Made by a program: the position numbers and the translations under genes
The notes under the pieces: generated by a model
What the model was told of the DNA's origin: nothing
What the model saw: the letters and a program-made list of their open reading frames with translations, nothing else
The model's database searches: none
Assembly (NCBI GenBank): GCA_001695645.1
Contig: LVZN01000001.1
Span: 249,766 to 281,765, forward strand
Direction: 5' to 3'
Length of the DNA stretch: 32,000 nucleotides
DNA from: Erysipelotrichaceae bacterium MTC7
GTDB taxonomy: Bacteria; Bacillota_I; Bacilli_A; Erysipelotrichales; Erysipelotrichaceae
Shown here: piece after piece, positions 23,542 to 31,885 of the stretch
Layout: each line of letters starts with the position of its first letter
Numbering within the stretch: the stretch's first letter is position 1

Positions 23542-24441
23542 CTATTTGCGAAATACCCAAATACACGGCTTGTCTGCCCTCGTAAAACCCAGTGACGCTT
23601 GAAGTTTCAAAGAAACTTCATTGGTCGTTTGTACTTGTGTATATGCAATCTTATCCATTTTTAAGCAATGATTGATCATACTTGCGATCAATGTTTTTGC
23701 AACACCTTGACTACGATAACCATCAAACACTTCCAATAGACCAATTGCTCCACTATTATGAAGCCCAATATATCCTACCAACTGCCCGTCTTGATACGCA
23801 CCAAGCATTCCATTTTTGATACATGATGCTATGTATCCATCTTGATCATAAATTGGATTGCTGTAACTTTCTTTTACAATAGTTTCTTCATCAAGCGTTA
23901 AGCTTTTTATTTCTAAAGCTTCGTTTGCTATGGTAACCATTTCTGTTTTTTCATAGACCATATTGTAGGAAAGAAACATCGTTCCATATGCATTTTGTTT
24001 TTGAAGTGTATCTAAGAAAATATCATCACACGCGCAAAAGCCTCGACTGTCCTGTGGGACTAACTTCATGATATCGATAACTGCTGCTTGTGTTTTTGCG
24101 CTGGCATAATACATATCATCTTTTTGATGATACAGCAAAACACCGTCTCTCTCTTCATATAGAATTTCTACATTGCCACTCTTATATAAGACGTACATCT
24201 CAATATAACGTTCATAATTTGTCAACAAATATTGACTTGTCATATCGGTATCCGATGAAATGTTGGTATCTTCTACATTTCCCAAGACGCGAATCATCAA
24301 GATTCGTAAGATGGCAAACACGCCAGCAAAAACACCAACCACAATCATTGGTGTTTGTCCATCACGGATTCCTTTGTATATTAAGGCGCAACAAACCAGC
24401 AACAAAATGATACTGGTTTGATAACGTTTATGGTTTTTCAT
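23542..24441 (-). CDS. membrane-tethered GNAT-family N-acetyltransferase (two N-terminal TM helices plus a FR47/GNAT-like C-terminal domain)
   Basis: 299 aa. Hydrophobic segments IILLLVCCALIY and MIVVGVFAGVFAILRILMI. The C-terminal acetyl-CoA-binding-type segment is LLEVFDGYRSQGVAKTLIASMINHC ... SLKLQASLGF. The start ATG overlaps the metG stop (TAATG). Confidence 0.65.
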   Translation of the reverse strand: MKNHKRYQTSIILLLVCCALIYKGIRDGQTPMIVVGVFAGVFAILRILMIRVLGNVEDTNISSDTDMTSQYLLTNYERYIEMYVLYKSGNVEILYEERDGVLLYHQKDDMYYASAKTQAAVIDIMKLVPQDSRGFCACDDIFLDTLQKQNAYGTMFLSYNMVYEKTEMVTIANEALEIKSLTLDEETIVKESYSNPIYDQDGYIASCIKNGMLGAYQDGQLVGYIGLHNSGAIGLLEVFDGYRSQGVAKTLIASMINHCLKMDKIAYTQVQTTNEVSLKLQASLGFTRADKPCIWVFRK

Positions 24442-26360
24442 TAGCGCACAGTTGCTCCAGGTTGCATTCCATCCACACTCACAACTTCGATTCCATTAGC
24501 ATCTTCACCAACAAGAATCATTCCTTGGCTTTCCACACCACGGATTTTTGCCGGTTTCAAGTTTGTCACGACAACCACTTTTTTACCAACCATATCTTCC
24601 GGTGTGTAGTCTGGTGCAATTCCACTCACGACTTGGCGTGTTTCATTTCCAAGGTCAATTTGTGAAACAAGCAATTTATCAGCTTTTGGATGCTTTTCAC
24701 ATGAGATGATCAATCCAACTTTCATTTCCGTTTTCATAAAATCATCAAATGTAATTTCTGGTTTTGTTTCTTTTGCTTCTTCTACAGTTTCTTCGATTGC
24801 TGCAGCTTCTTGTGCCCATTTTTCTTCCAATTCTTTTTCATCAATACGTGCAAATAAAATGGATGGTTTTTCGACAACGTTGTACGCTTCAACCGATCCG
24901 AACGCTACGGTATCAAAGGTACGAGCATCCGTTTGCAATTGATCGAAAATAGCATTTGCACTACCTGGAATAAAGGCATCCAATTGAATTGTACAAACAC
25001 GAATCGCTTCAAGTAAGTTAAATAAAACAGTTTGTAAACGATCTTGCTTACTTTCATCTTTACCGAGGACCCAAGGTGTTGTTTCATCAACATAACGGTT
25101 GGTACGTTTTAGTACATTAAAGATTTCAGCAATCGCTGCATCAACATGTAGTGTATCCATTTTTGCTTCTACTTTTGCATTTAATTCATTTACCGTACGA
25201 ATTAAATCCTCATCCACAGTTTCATGTACCTTTGTATTTGTGACAGTTCCGCCAAAGTACTTATTTGTCATACTTACCGTACGGTTCACCAAGTTACCAA
25301 GTACGTTGGCTAAATCAGAATTGCTTCTTTCCACAAGTAGTTTTTCTGAGAAGTTTCCATCATTTCCAAATGGTACCTCACTTAATAAGTAATAACGTAC
25401 AGCATCTACACCATAGTCATTAATATAGACACGTGGATCTTTATAGTTACCTAATGATTTCGAAATCTTTCCACCATCGATAACTAACCATCCATGTCCA
25501 TACACTTGCTTTGGCAATGGTAAATCAAGTGCCATCAACATAATTGGCCAAATTAACGTATGGAATCTAAAAATCTCTTTTCCCACTAAATGCAATTCTG
25601 CTGGCCAATACTTTTGGAACAGGGAATCATCATCACTGTTGTATCCAAGTGCTGTAATATAGTTTGAAAGTGCATCCATCCAAACATAAATGACATGGTT
25701 TGGATCGAAGTCTACTGGGATTCCCCATGTAAAACTCGTTCTTGATACCGATAAATCTTGTAATCCTGGTTTTAAGAAGTTATTTAACATTTCTTTATAA
25801 CGAGATTCTGGTTGCATCAATTCTGGATGACTTTCCAAATATTCTTCTAATTGTTTTTGGTAATTACTTAAGCGTAAGAAATACGATTCTTCTTTAACTT
25901 TTTTAACTTCACGTCCACATTCAGGACACTTTCCATCAACAAGTTGTGAATCTGTCCAAAACGATTCATCTGGCGTACAATACCATCCTTCATATTCACC
26001 TTTATAGATGTCACCTTTTTCATATAAATCGCGGAACATCTTTTGCACAGCTTTGACATGGTACTCATCTGTTGTACGAATAAACTTATCGTAGGTAATT
26101 CCTAGCGATGCCCATAAGTCTTGTGCGTTTGCAACAATCTTATCCACAAAACTTTTTGGATCTGTTCCTGCAAGTTTTGCCCGTTCTTCAATTTTTTGTC
26201 CATGTTCATCTGTACCCGTTAAGAAGAATACATCAAAACCTTTGGCACGTTTGTAGCGTGCTAGTGTATCGGCAATAACCGTTGTATAACAGTGCCCAAT
26301 ATGAAAATTATCACTTGGATAATAGATTGGGGTTGTTAGATAATACTTTTTCTTTTCCAT
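24441..26360 (-). CDS. metG: methionyl-tRNA synthetase with C-terminal tRNA-binding (Trbp111/EMAP-like) domain
   Basis: 639 aa. HIGH-type motif (FHIGHCYT), KMSKS-type motif (KISKSLGN), a knuckle CPECG, and a C-terminal OB-fold segment KVGLIISCEKHPKADKLLVSQIDLG. RBS GGAGG. Confidence 0.95.
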   Translation of the reverse strand: MEKKKYYLTTPIYYPSDNFHIGHCYTTVIADTLARYKRAKGFDVFFLTGTDEHGQKIEERAKLAGTDPKSFVDKIVANAQDLWASLGITYDKFIRTTDEYHVKAVQKMFRDLYEKGDIYKGEYEGWYCTPDESFWTDSQLVDGKCPECGREVKKVKEESYFLRLSNYQKQLEEYLESHPELMQPESRYKEMLNNFLKPGLQDLSVSRTSFTWGIPVDFDPNHVIYVWMDALSNYITALGYNSDDDSLFQKYWPAELHLVGKEIFRFHTLIWPIMLMALDLPLPKQVYGHGWLVIDGGKISKSLGNYKDPRVYINDYGVDAVRYYLLSEVPFGNDGNFSEKLLVERSNSDLANVLGNLVNRTVSMTNKYFGGTVTNTKVHETVDEDLIRTVNELNAKVEAKMDTLHVDAAIAEIFNVLKRTNRYVDETTPWVLGKDESKQDRLQTVLFNLLEAIRVCTIQLDAFIPGSANAIFDQLQTDARTFDTVAFGSVEAYNVVEKPSILFARIDEKELEEKWAQEAAAIEETVEEAKETKPEITFDDFMKTEMKVGLIISCEKHPKADKLLVSQIDLGNETRQVVSGIAPDYTPEDMVGKKVVVVTNLKPAKIRGVESQGMILVGEDANGIEVVSVDGMQPGATVR

Positions 26361-26380
26361 GTTTTACCTCCATATAAAAT

Positions 26381-26595
26381 AAAAAATCTCACCCAAAGGA
26401 CGAGAGTACGTGTTACCACCTTATTTTGTATGCATGTGCATACCTTAAGTGCGTTAACGCCGCATACGTTCGTACCTACCTATCGATACGAAAGCTCAAA
26501 AACCATCTTCACTATGATTCATTCACAAATTTTCACCAACCATTTGCTCTCTACACAACGTTTCATACTTACTCTTTTTCTCATCGCTTATTCCC
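26381..26595 (-). promoter_or_regulatory. T-box leader, specifier AUG (Met), with terminator
   Basis: Minus strand: canonical start GCGATGAGAAAAAGAGTAAGTA, AGAGAG bulge, distal loop GGTTGGTGAAA. Specifier loop GTGAAG-ATG-G (ATG = 26504..26506). T-box motif GGTGGTAACACG at 26408..26420. Terminator TCTCGTCC-TTT-GGGTGAGA followed by T6. A TATAAT lies just upstream (~26600). Confidence 0.85.
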
Positions 26596-26654
26596 ACCTA
26601 TTATAATATACTTTGCACAATAATTAAAGGAAATATGAAAATACCTTAATTGTC

Positions 26655-26690
26655 AAAAAAAAGATAGTCACTTTTGTGCAACTATCTTTT
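26655..26690 (-). terminator. intrinsic terminator after metK
   Basis: Minus strand AAGATAGT, 12-nt loop, ACTATCTT followed by T8. Confidence 0.7.
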
Positions 26691-26698
26691 CGACATCT

Positions 26699-27799
26699 CT
26701 ATTTTTCGATTTTCTTTATTTTTTCCCAACTGAATTGTGGATCACCGAAATGTCCATAACAAGCAGTTTTTGCATACACTGGTTTTTTCAAATCCAGTTC
26801 CTTAAGAATGTTGGCAACCGAGAAATCAAAGTTCTTTTTGATGATGTTTAATAATTCTTCATCACTTTGCACACCTGTGCCAAATGTATCAACAAGCAAA
26901 GAAACAGGTTCCCCTTTTCCAATGGCATAAGCAACTTGTACTTCACAACGGTGAGCTAGTTTATTTGCGACAACACTTTTAGCTACATAACGTGCATAGT
27001 AGGCTGCAGAACGGTCAACTTTAGTTGGATCTTTACTTGATAAACATCCTCCTCCAATTCGCCCCATTCCACCGTATGTATCAACAACAATTTTACGTCC
27101 GGTTGTTCCTGAGTCTCCAAAACTTCCCCCAACGATAAAACTACCGCTTGGGTTAATGATGTATTTTGTATGTTCATCAACAAGCTCTGCTTCTAATGAA
27201 GGTTTGATTACTTCATTCATAACCAGTTCCTTAATTTCTTCTTGGCTGATGCCTTCCGCATGTTGCGTCGAAACGACAACGGTATCAATACGACTCACTT
27301 TATCATCCTTGTACTCGACAGAAACTTGTGTTTTTCCATCAGGTTTTAGTATATCTGCATGTTGACGACGTACTTCTGTTAACTTACGTGCAAGTTTGTG
27401 TGCATAGTAGATTGGTGCAGGCATATATTCATCTGACTCATCGCATGCATAACCAAACATCAGTCCTTGGTCTCCTGCTCCTACTTCTCCATCATTTTCT
27501 TCTACTGCAGCATAGATTTCAGCACTTTGACGGTTCACTTTCACAAGTACTTCATAATCTTCTTCATAGCCAATCTTCTTAATTACCGCTTTGGCAATCC
27601 CTGCATAATCGATGCTTGCTTTTGTATTTGCTTCTCCATAAATCAACACAAAATCATCTTTGATTGTCGCTTCGACCGCCATCTTACTGTTTGCATCTTC
27701 ACGTAATGCAGCATCCAAAATCGCGTCCGCAATTTGGTCACAGATTTTATCTGGATGTCCTTCAGTGATACTTTCACTGGTAAAAATGTAATCTTTCAT
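26699..27799 (-). CDS. metK: S-adenosylmethionine synthetase
   Basis: The ORF track extends to 27889, but that extension lies in the riboswitch. The real start is the ATG at 27799 (MKDYIFTSESITEGHPDKICDQ), with RBS AAAGGAA. MAT signature motifs GAGDQG and GGGAFSGKD-like (GGGCLSSKDPTKVDRS) are present. Confidence 0.95.
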   Translation of the reverse strand: MKDYIFTSESITEGHPDKICDQIADAILDAALREDANSKMAVEATIKDDFVLIYGEANTKASIDYAGIAKAVIKKIGYEEDYEVLVKVNRQSAEIYAAVEENDGEVGAGDQGLMFGYACDESDEYMPAPIYYAHKLARKLTEVRRQHADILKPDGKTQVSVEYKDDKVSRIDTVVVSTQHAEGISQEEIKELVMNEVIKPSLEAELVDEHTKYIINPSGSFIVGGSFGDSGTTGRKIVVDTYGGMGRIGGGCLSSKDPTKVDRSAAYYARYVAKSVVANKLAHRCEVQVAYAIGKGEPVSLLVDTFGTGVQSDEELLNIIKKNFDFSVANILKELDLKKPVYAKTACYGHFGDPQFSWEKIKKIEK

Positions 27800-27820
27800 C
27801 AATAAATTCCTTTCTGGCAA

Positions 27821-27955
27821 TAAAAAATGCCCCACGAGAAGGCATTGCTTTTTCAAGTATTCTTCTCTTATCGTTGTTAGCAGTACCACCGTTCACATAT
27901 AGTGAGGTTGGCGTGGGATGTAACGAGCTAACTCTCTACCCCATCTCTTGATAAT
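27821..27955 (-). promoter_or_regulatory. SAM-I (S-box) riboswitch with intrinsic terminator upstream of metK
   Basis: Minus strand TTATCAAGAGA..GGGGTAGAGAG..CCCACGCCAACC..TCAC-TATAT-GTGA..GGTGGTACTGCTAAC..GATAAGAG matches the S-box core (P1 TTATC/GATAA, the GCCAACC junction, GGTG.TA...C). The terminator is AATGCC-TTCTCGTG-GGCATT followed by TTTTT. Confidence 0.8.
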
Positions 27956-28091
27956 TGATGTATGCTAATTTAACCATAAAGTGCACACGAAAGCAAGGAT
28001 TTTCACCCCAAATATACATACCTAACAAAAGGGTAGAAAAGAAAGCGTTATCACGATATAATATGATAGTAAATCTTGAGGAGAACATACT

Positions 28092-28451
28092 ATGATACTA
28101 CTAATGGGTTACAAAAGATGTAGCACGTGTCAAAAAGCAAAACGCTTTTTAGAGATGAATAATGTGCAATTTAAAACGCGAGATATCGTCGACGAGAAAT
28201 TAAGTGAGGACGAAATTCGCAAACTATATGAGATGAGTAACGTATCCCTACAAAGTTTTTGGAATACATCTGGAGGATTGTATCGCCAAATGCGAATCAA
28301 AGATACGATTCATTCCATGAGTGAGGATGAGCAAATCAAACTTCTAGCAAGCAATGGAATGTTGATTAAACGTCCAATCCTTATGGTAAATGATCAAGTG
28401 ACTGTTGGCTTTAAAGAGGCCACATTCCTGGACATGATTCGCCAGGCATAA
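28092..28451 (+). CDS. ArsC/Spx/MgsR-family thioredoxin-fold protein (YffB-like)
   Basis: 119 aa. N-terminal CxxC (YKRCSTCQKAKRFL), a family-typical LIKRPIL segment and VGF near the C-terminus. RBS GAGGAG. Confidence 0.75.
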   Translation: MILLMGYKRCSTCQKAKRFLEMNNVQFKTRDIVDEKLSEDEIRKLYEMSNVSLQSFWNTSGGLYRQMRIKDTIHSMSEDEQIKLLASNGMLIKRPILMVNDQVTVGFKEATFLDMIRQA

Positions 28452-28503
28452 TGTAAAAAAATCATCTATAATATGATATAATAGGGACAAGTGAGGTGAT
28501 AAT

Positions 28504-28884
28504 ATGCTTTTAGGTGAATCATTAGAAGACTATCTAGAAACCATCATGGTGCTATCTGAAAAAGGTGATAAAGTTCGTTCGATTGATGTAGCAAAAATGA
28601 TGGGTGTCTCGAAGCCAAGTGTAAACAAAGCTGTTAACAACTTAAAGGATCGCGGATTAATCACCCAAGAAGTTTATGGTGGGATTACACTGACCGAATC
28701 GGGTCGAAAAATGGGAGCGATGATCTTCCATCGACATACAACGATTACTCGGTTTTTAATTGAAGTATTAGGAGTTTCAGATGATGTCGCAGAAAAAGAT
28801 GCTTGTCGAATAGAACACATCATTTCAGCAGAGACATTCACAAACATTGAAAAAATGATAGAAGAAAAAAGTAGCGAGTCATAA
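28504..28884 (+). CDS. DtxR/MntR-family metal-dependent transcriptional regulator (short form, no SH3-like domain)
   Basis: 126 aa. Contains EDYLETI, a wHTH (IDVAKMMGVSKPSVNKAVNNLKDRGLI), LTESGRKMG, HRHTTITRFL, and a metal-site-type E..ACRIEH. RBS GAGGTG. Confidence 0.85.
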   Translation: MLLGESLEDYLETIMVLSEKGDKVRSIDVAKMMGVSKPSVNKAVNNLKDRGLITQEVYGGITLTESGRKMGAMIFHRHTTITRFLIEVLGVSDDVAEKDACRIEHIISAETFTNIEKMIEEKSSES

Positions 28885-28899
28885 CGCGCTTTTTTTATG

Positions 28900-28944
28900 C
28901 AAAAAAGGATGGAACCAACTATTTGTTGGCTTCATCCTCTTTTA
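28900..28944. terminator. bidirectional terminator between the convergent DtxR-family gene and the feo operon
   Basis: AGGATGGAACCAAC-TATTT-GTTGGCTTCATCCT (14 positions, one mismatch, one G-U), flanked by A6 upstream and CTTTT downstream. The left arm overlaps the first nucleotide (28919) of the small Cys-rich gene's stop codon, and the loop and right arm overlap its last codons. Confidence 0.55.
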
Positions 28945-29125
28945 TAATTTCTTTGATATTTCGGATGGTTTCACAAGTCACTTTATCTGAGCAACCGATG
29001 CAACTCCCATTGCATCCGATGATACCACTTGCTTTTCTTGCTTGGCGTTTCTTCAGTTGTCGGTAGCAAATAAAAACTACAAAACCAACAGCTAAGACAA
29101 GAACAACGATATCTACGGGTTTCAA
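28919..29125 (-). CDS. FeoB-associated Cys-rich small membrane protein
   Basis: The ORF track gives 28919..29179, overlapping the feoB 3' end. A TTG at 29125, 2 nt after the feoB stop and with GGGG upstream, would give MKPVDIVVLVLAVGFVVFICYRQLKKRQARKASGIIGCNGSCIGCSDK.. This is one TM helix followed by a C..C..C cluster, typical of the small gene trailing Firmicute feoB. Confidence 0.6.
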   Translation of the reverse strand: MKPVDIVVLVLAVGFVVFICYRQLKKRQARKASGIIGCNGSCIGCSDKVTCETIRNIKEIIKEDEANK

Positions 29126-29127
29126 TT

Positions 29128-31185
29128 TTAGAACCCCAATAACGTTCCTACATTGTAGATTAGGAAAGAAACAATCCACGCAATCACAATCCAGTAACCG
29201 ATGGTAAACCAGAACATTTTACGATCGTTCATTTCTGCACGTAAGGTTGCAACTGCAGCCATACAAGGAATGCTTAGTAAGTTAAATGTCATGAAGGAAA
29301 TCGCCGCCAACGGACTAAAGGTATGCGCTATGGTTGCAACTAACGATGCGGTTGCATCATCATCACCCAAGAACTCTTCTTCACTTTCCATTCCCGTATA
29401 TAGCACACCCATGGTAGAAACCACAGCTTCTTTTGCGATTAACCCTGTTAGAATTGCAACTACAGCTTTCCAACCTGCACTTCCACTTGCAAATCCCAGT
29501 GGTTCAAAGATAAAGGTAATTGCTCCGGCAAATACACCTAGAATACTATCATTTGAATTGGCTTCCACCATTTGTAAACTCAAGTTGAAGTTTCCTAAGA
29601 ACCATAGAACGATGGTACTTGCTAGAATTACTGTTCCTGCACGCACCAAATATCCTTTTAATTTATCCCACAAGCGCAACAGTAAATTTTTCAATCTTGG
29701 CCAATGGTAAGTAGGCATTTCCATTACAAACGGAGTTACCTCCCCTTTAAAAACCAGTTGCTTTAACAAAATCGCTGAAAGAATCGCTACAAAAATTCCA
29801 ATAAAGTAAATTCCAAAGGTCATCAAGTCGGCATGATTTGGAAATACTGCAGCAGCAAATAGTGCCCAAATCGGTGCTTTTGCCCCACAAGACATGTATG
29901 GAACAAGCAGCATTGTTAATTTACGCTCTTTTTCACCTTCAAGTGTTCGTGCTCCCATAATCGCAGGAACAGAACATCCAAATCCTGTCAGTAATGGTAG
30001 AAAGGCTTTTCCAGACAAACCAAAACGACGTAAGATACGGTCCATAATAAACGCGACACGCGCCATATATCCACTATCTTCTAAGAAGGATAGAAAGAAG
30101 AAAATTAATAGAATTTGTGGAATAAATGATAAAACACCACCAACTCCAGCTACAATCCCATCAACAATAAGTCCATATACCCAACTCGATGCACCTAGGG
30201 TATCTAAGATGCTTTCAATTCCACTTGAAATCCAACCAATTGGGATTTCTGTCAATCCTTGAATATACACCCCAGGTGAAGCTATACCTAACCCTAAGAA
30301 GTTTTCAGAGAACGTACAGTGAAAGATGAAAAACATAATGATTGCAAAAATCGGCAATCCCAACAAACGATTGGTTAAGATTTTATCAATTTTATCCGAT
30401 GTTGTCATCTCTCCTAAGATACGCGATTTTTTAATTGTACTGCTTAATTCACTATCGATAAAACCATAGCGAACATCCGCCATTAACGCTTCATTGTCTT
30501 CAGTAACAGTTGTAATTTGCTCAATTTGATCTTTCAAAGCAACGACACTTTCAAAAGAAAGCACCTTTTCATCATTTTCCAATACTTTACTTGCCGTAAA
30601 AGCTGCTTGTTTCACACCGTTTGTTGTGAATAAATCGACCAATTGTCGATACGATGTTTCCAGTTTTGAATCTTTAAAAATATCCAACGGTTGACGTTTT
30701 GTAGTTGCTTTACCAACCAGTTCCATTAAGCGTTCAATATTTTCAGCACGTAAGGCACTGATTTCCACAACTGGAACACCAAGTTTTTGTTCGAGTGCTT
30801 TGGTATCAATGCTGTCTTTGTTTTTTTTCACCACATCCATCATATTTAGGGCAATTACCACAGGAACATCCGTTTCTAAAACTTGCGTTGTCAGATATAA
30901 GTTACGCTCCAAGTTTGTGGCATCCACAATATTAATAATGGCATCCGGTTCTTCATTGACAATATAGTCACGTGCAATGACTTCCTCTAAAGTATACGGC
31001 GATAGCGAGTACACCCCTGGCAAGTCAATGATGTCCATTGGCGTTTTCGCTTTTTTATACGTACCTTCTTTTTTATCAACCGTAACCCCTGCCCAGTTTC
31101 CAACTTTCGCAGTCGATCCAGTCAATTCATTAAATAAAGTCGTTTTCCCACTGTTTGGGTTTCCAACTAAAGCTACTTTCATCAT
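29128..31185 (-). CDS. feoB: ferrous iron transporter FeoB (N-terminal G-domain plus polytopic permease)
   Basis: 685 aa. G1 motif GNPNSGKTT, DLPG, NMMD, followed by a long hydrophobic gate/permease region. Confidence 0.95.
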   Translation of the reverse strand: MMKVALVGNPNSGKTTLFNELTGSTAKVGNWAGVTVDKKEGTYKKAKTPMDIIDLPGVYSLSPYTLEEVIARDYIVNEEPDAIINIVDATNLERNLYLTTQVLETDVPVVIALNMMDVVKKNKDSIDTKALEQKLGVPVVEISALRAENIERLMELVGKATTKRQPLDIFKDSKLETSYRQLVDLFTTNGVKQAAFTASKVLENDEKVLSFESVVALKDQIEQITTVTEDNEALMADVRYGFIDSELSSTIKKSRILGEMTTSDKIDKILTNRLLGLPIFAIIMFFIFHCTFSENFLGLGIASPGVYIQGLTEIPIGWISSGIESILDTLGASSWVYGLIVDGIVAGVGGVLSFIPQILLIFFFLSFLEDSGYMARVAFIMDRILRRFGLSGKAFLPLLTGFGCSVPAIMGARTLEGEKERKLTMLLVPYMSCGAKAPIWALFAAAVFPNHADLMTFGIYFIGIFVAILSAILLKQLVFKGEVTPFVMEMPTYHWPRLKNLLLRLWDKLKGYLVRAGTVILASTIVLWFLGNFNLSLQMVEANSNDSILGVFAGAITFIFEPLGFASGSAGWKAVVAILTGLIAKEAVVSTMGVLYTGMESEEEFLGDDDATASLVATIAHTFSPLAAISFMTFNLLSIPCMAAVATLRAEMNDRKMFWFTIGYWIVIAWIVSFLIYNVGTLLGF

Positions 31186-31190
31186 AGGTA

Positions 31191-31409
31191 CTACTCAACC
31201 TCGATTTCTTGCGCTTCAGCTTTACGTAACGATAATTCATAACCACGTAACGTAATTTCAATTGGATCACCTAAAGGTGCCACTTTACGTACATAGATTT
31301 GTGTATTTGGGGTAATTCCCATATCAAAAATACGACGACGAATCGGACCAGCCCCACTGACTTTTTTCACCGTAACCGTACTTCCTGGTTTCACGTCTTT
31401 TAAATTCAT
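31191..31409 (-). CDS. feoA: FeoA-family protein
   Basis: 72 aa, SH3-like FeoA pattern (V..V.G.....RR..DMGI.PN..I.V....PLGDPIE). Its stop lies 5 nt before the feoB start. Confidence 0.88.
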   Translation of the reverse strand: MNLKDVKPGSTVTVKKVSGAGPIRRRIFDMGITPNTQIYVRKVAPLGDPIEITLRGYELSLRKAEAQEIEVE

Positions 31410-31429
31410 AAACTTCCTCCCACCATGTA

Positions 31430-31642
31430 TTAAGCAACAAAGATCTTACGAGCCAATGTTTTATTAATGGCAATACGTGCATCTTTAATTTGAACGATGA
31501 TGTCACCAGCGCACTCTTGTACAACTGCAATTTGGCAACCAGGTACCAATCCCAGATCACGTAACCTTTTTTCTGAACCCTCATCTATAGAATATTTTAA
31601 GACTTTTACAGATTTTCCAATCGGTGCAATAATTAATGGCAT
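31430..31642 (-). CDS. feoA: FeoA-family protein (second, divergent copy)
   Basis: The ORF track extends to 31759. The ATG at 31642 (MPLIIAPIGKSVKVLKY...RLRDLGLVPGCQIAVV) has an AAAGGA RBS with 8-nt spacing and gives a 70-aa FeoA-sized product. The longer version would cover the promoter. Confidence 0.8.
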   Translation of the reverse strand: MPLIIAPIGKSVKVLKYSIDEGSEKRLRDLGLVPGCQIAVVQECAGDIIVQIKDARIAINKTLARKIFVA

Positions 31643-31673
31643 ATACATCATCCTTTCTATTTTTATCATTGTA

Positions 31674-31702
31674 ATGTTAGCATCGGTTAACACAGATGTC
31701 AA
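31674..31702 (-). promoter_or_regulatory. feo operon promoter
   Basis: Minus strand TTGACA (31697..31702), 17 nt spacer, TAACAT (31674..31679). A GTTAAC motif lies within the spacer. Confidence 0.6.
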
Positions 31703-31805
31703 TATTTTGTTAACTATTTCTAACTTAAAGTTAACTTTTACAAACAAATGAGTTGACACTTCTTAAAATTACATGTACTATACATTTAGTTAGTGAAGTC
31801 TAACT
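31675..31805. promoter_or_regulatory. cluster of (G/C)TAAC(T) motifs including two perfect inverted repeats; candidate metalloregulator operator region
   Basis: Plus-strand GTTAAC at 31686, GTTAACT at 31709, CTAACTT at 31720, GTTAACT at 31730, CTAACT at 31800, and inverted AGTTAG at 31788. TAACTT-A-AAGTTA (31721..31733) and AGTTAG-N6-CTAACT (31788..31805) are perfect palindromes. The three middle copies are spaced 10-11 nt apart. Confidence 0.4.
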
Positions 31806-31885
31806 TGTATGTCTGGGACTCCTTTATGACAATCTTACCCATTCCATTTCTTATGCGATCCTTTTAAGAAATAGAGACATTACAA

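Noticed and set aside
26426-26623. 65-aa plus-strand ORF upstream of metG.
   Set aside because: It lies antisense within the Met T-box leader.
27800-27889. 30-codon N-terminal extension of the metK ORF in the ORF track.
   Set aside because: It overlaps the S-box riboswitch terminator and aptamer. The conserved MetK N-terminus begins at the ATG at 27799, which has an RBS.
28053-28490. The 12-mer TATAATATGATA occurs upstream of both the ArsC/Spx-like gene and the DtxR-family gene.
   Set aside because: It is most simply two similar -10 regions (TATAAT) in AT-rich DNA. Two copies are too few to call a regulatory motif.
31324-31759. ORF 31324..31584, which overlaps both feoA genes out of frame, and the long version (31430..31759) of the second feoA ORF.
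   Set aside because: The first is an out-of-frame overlap with no support. The second would extend across the feo promoter and has no RBS. The internal ATG at 31642 with AAAGGA gives a FeoA-sized product.
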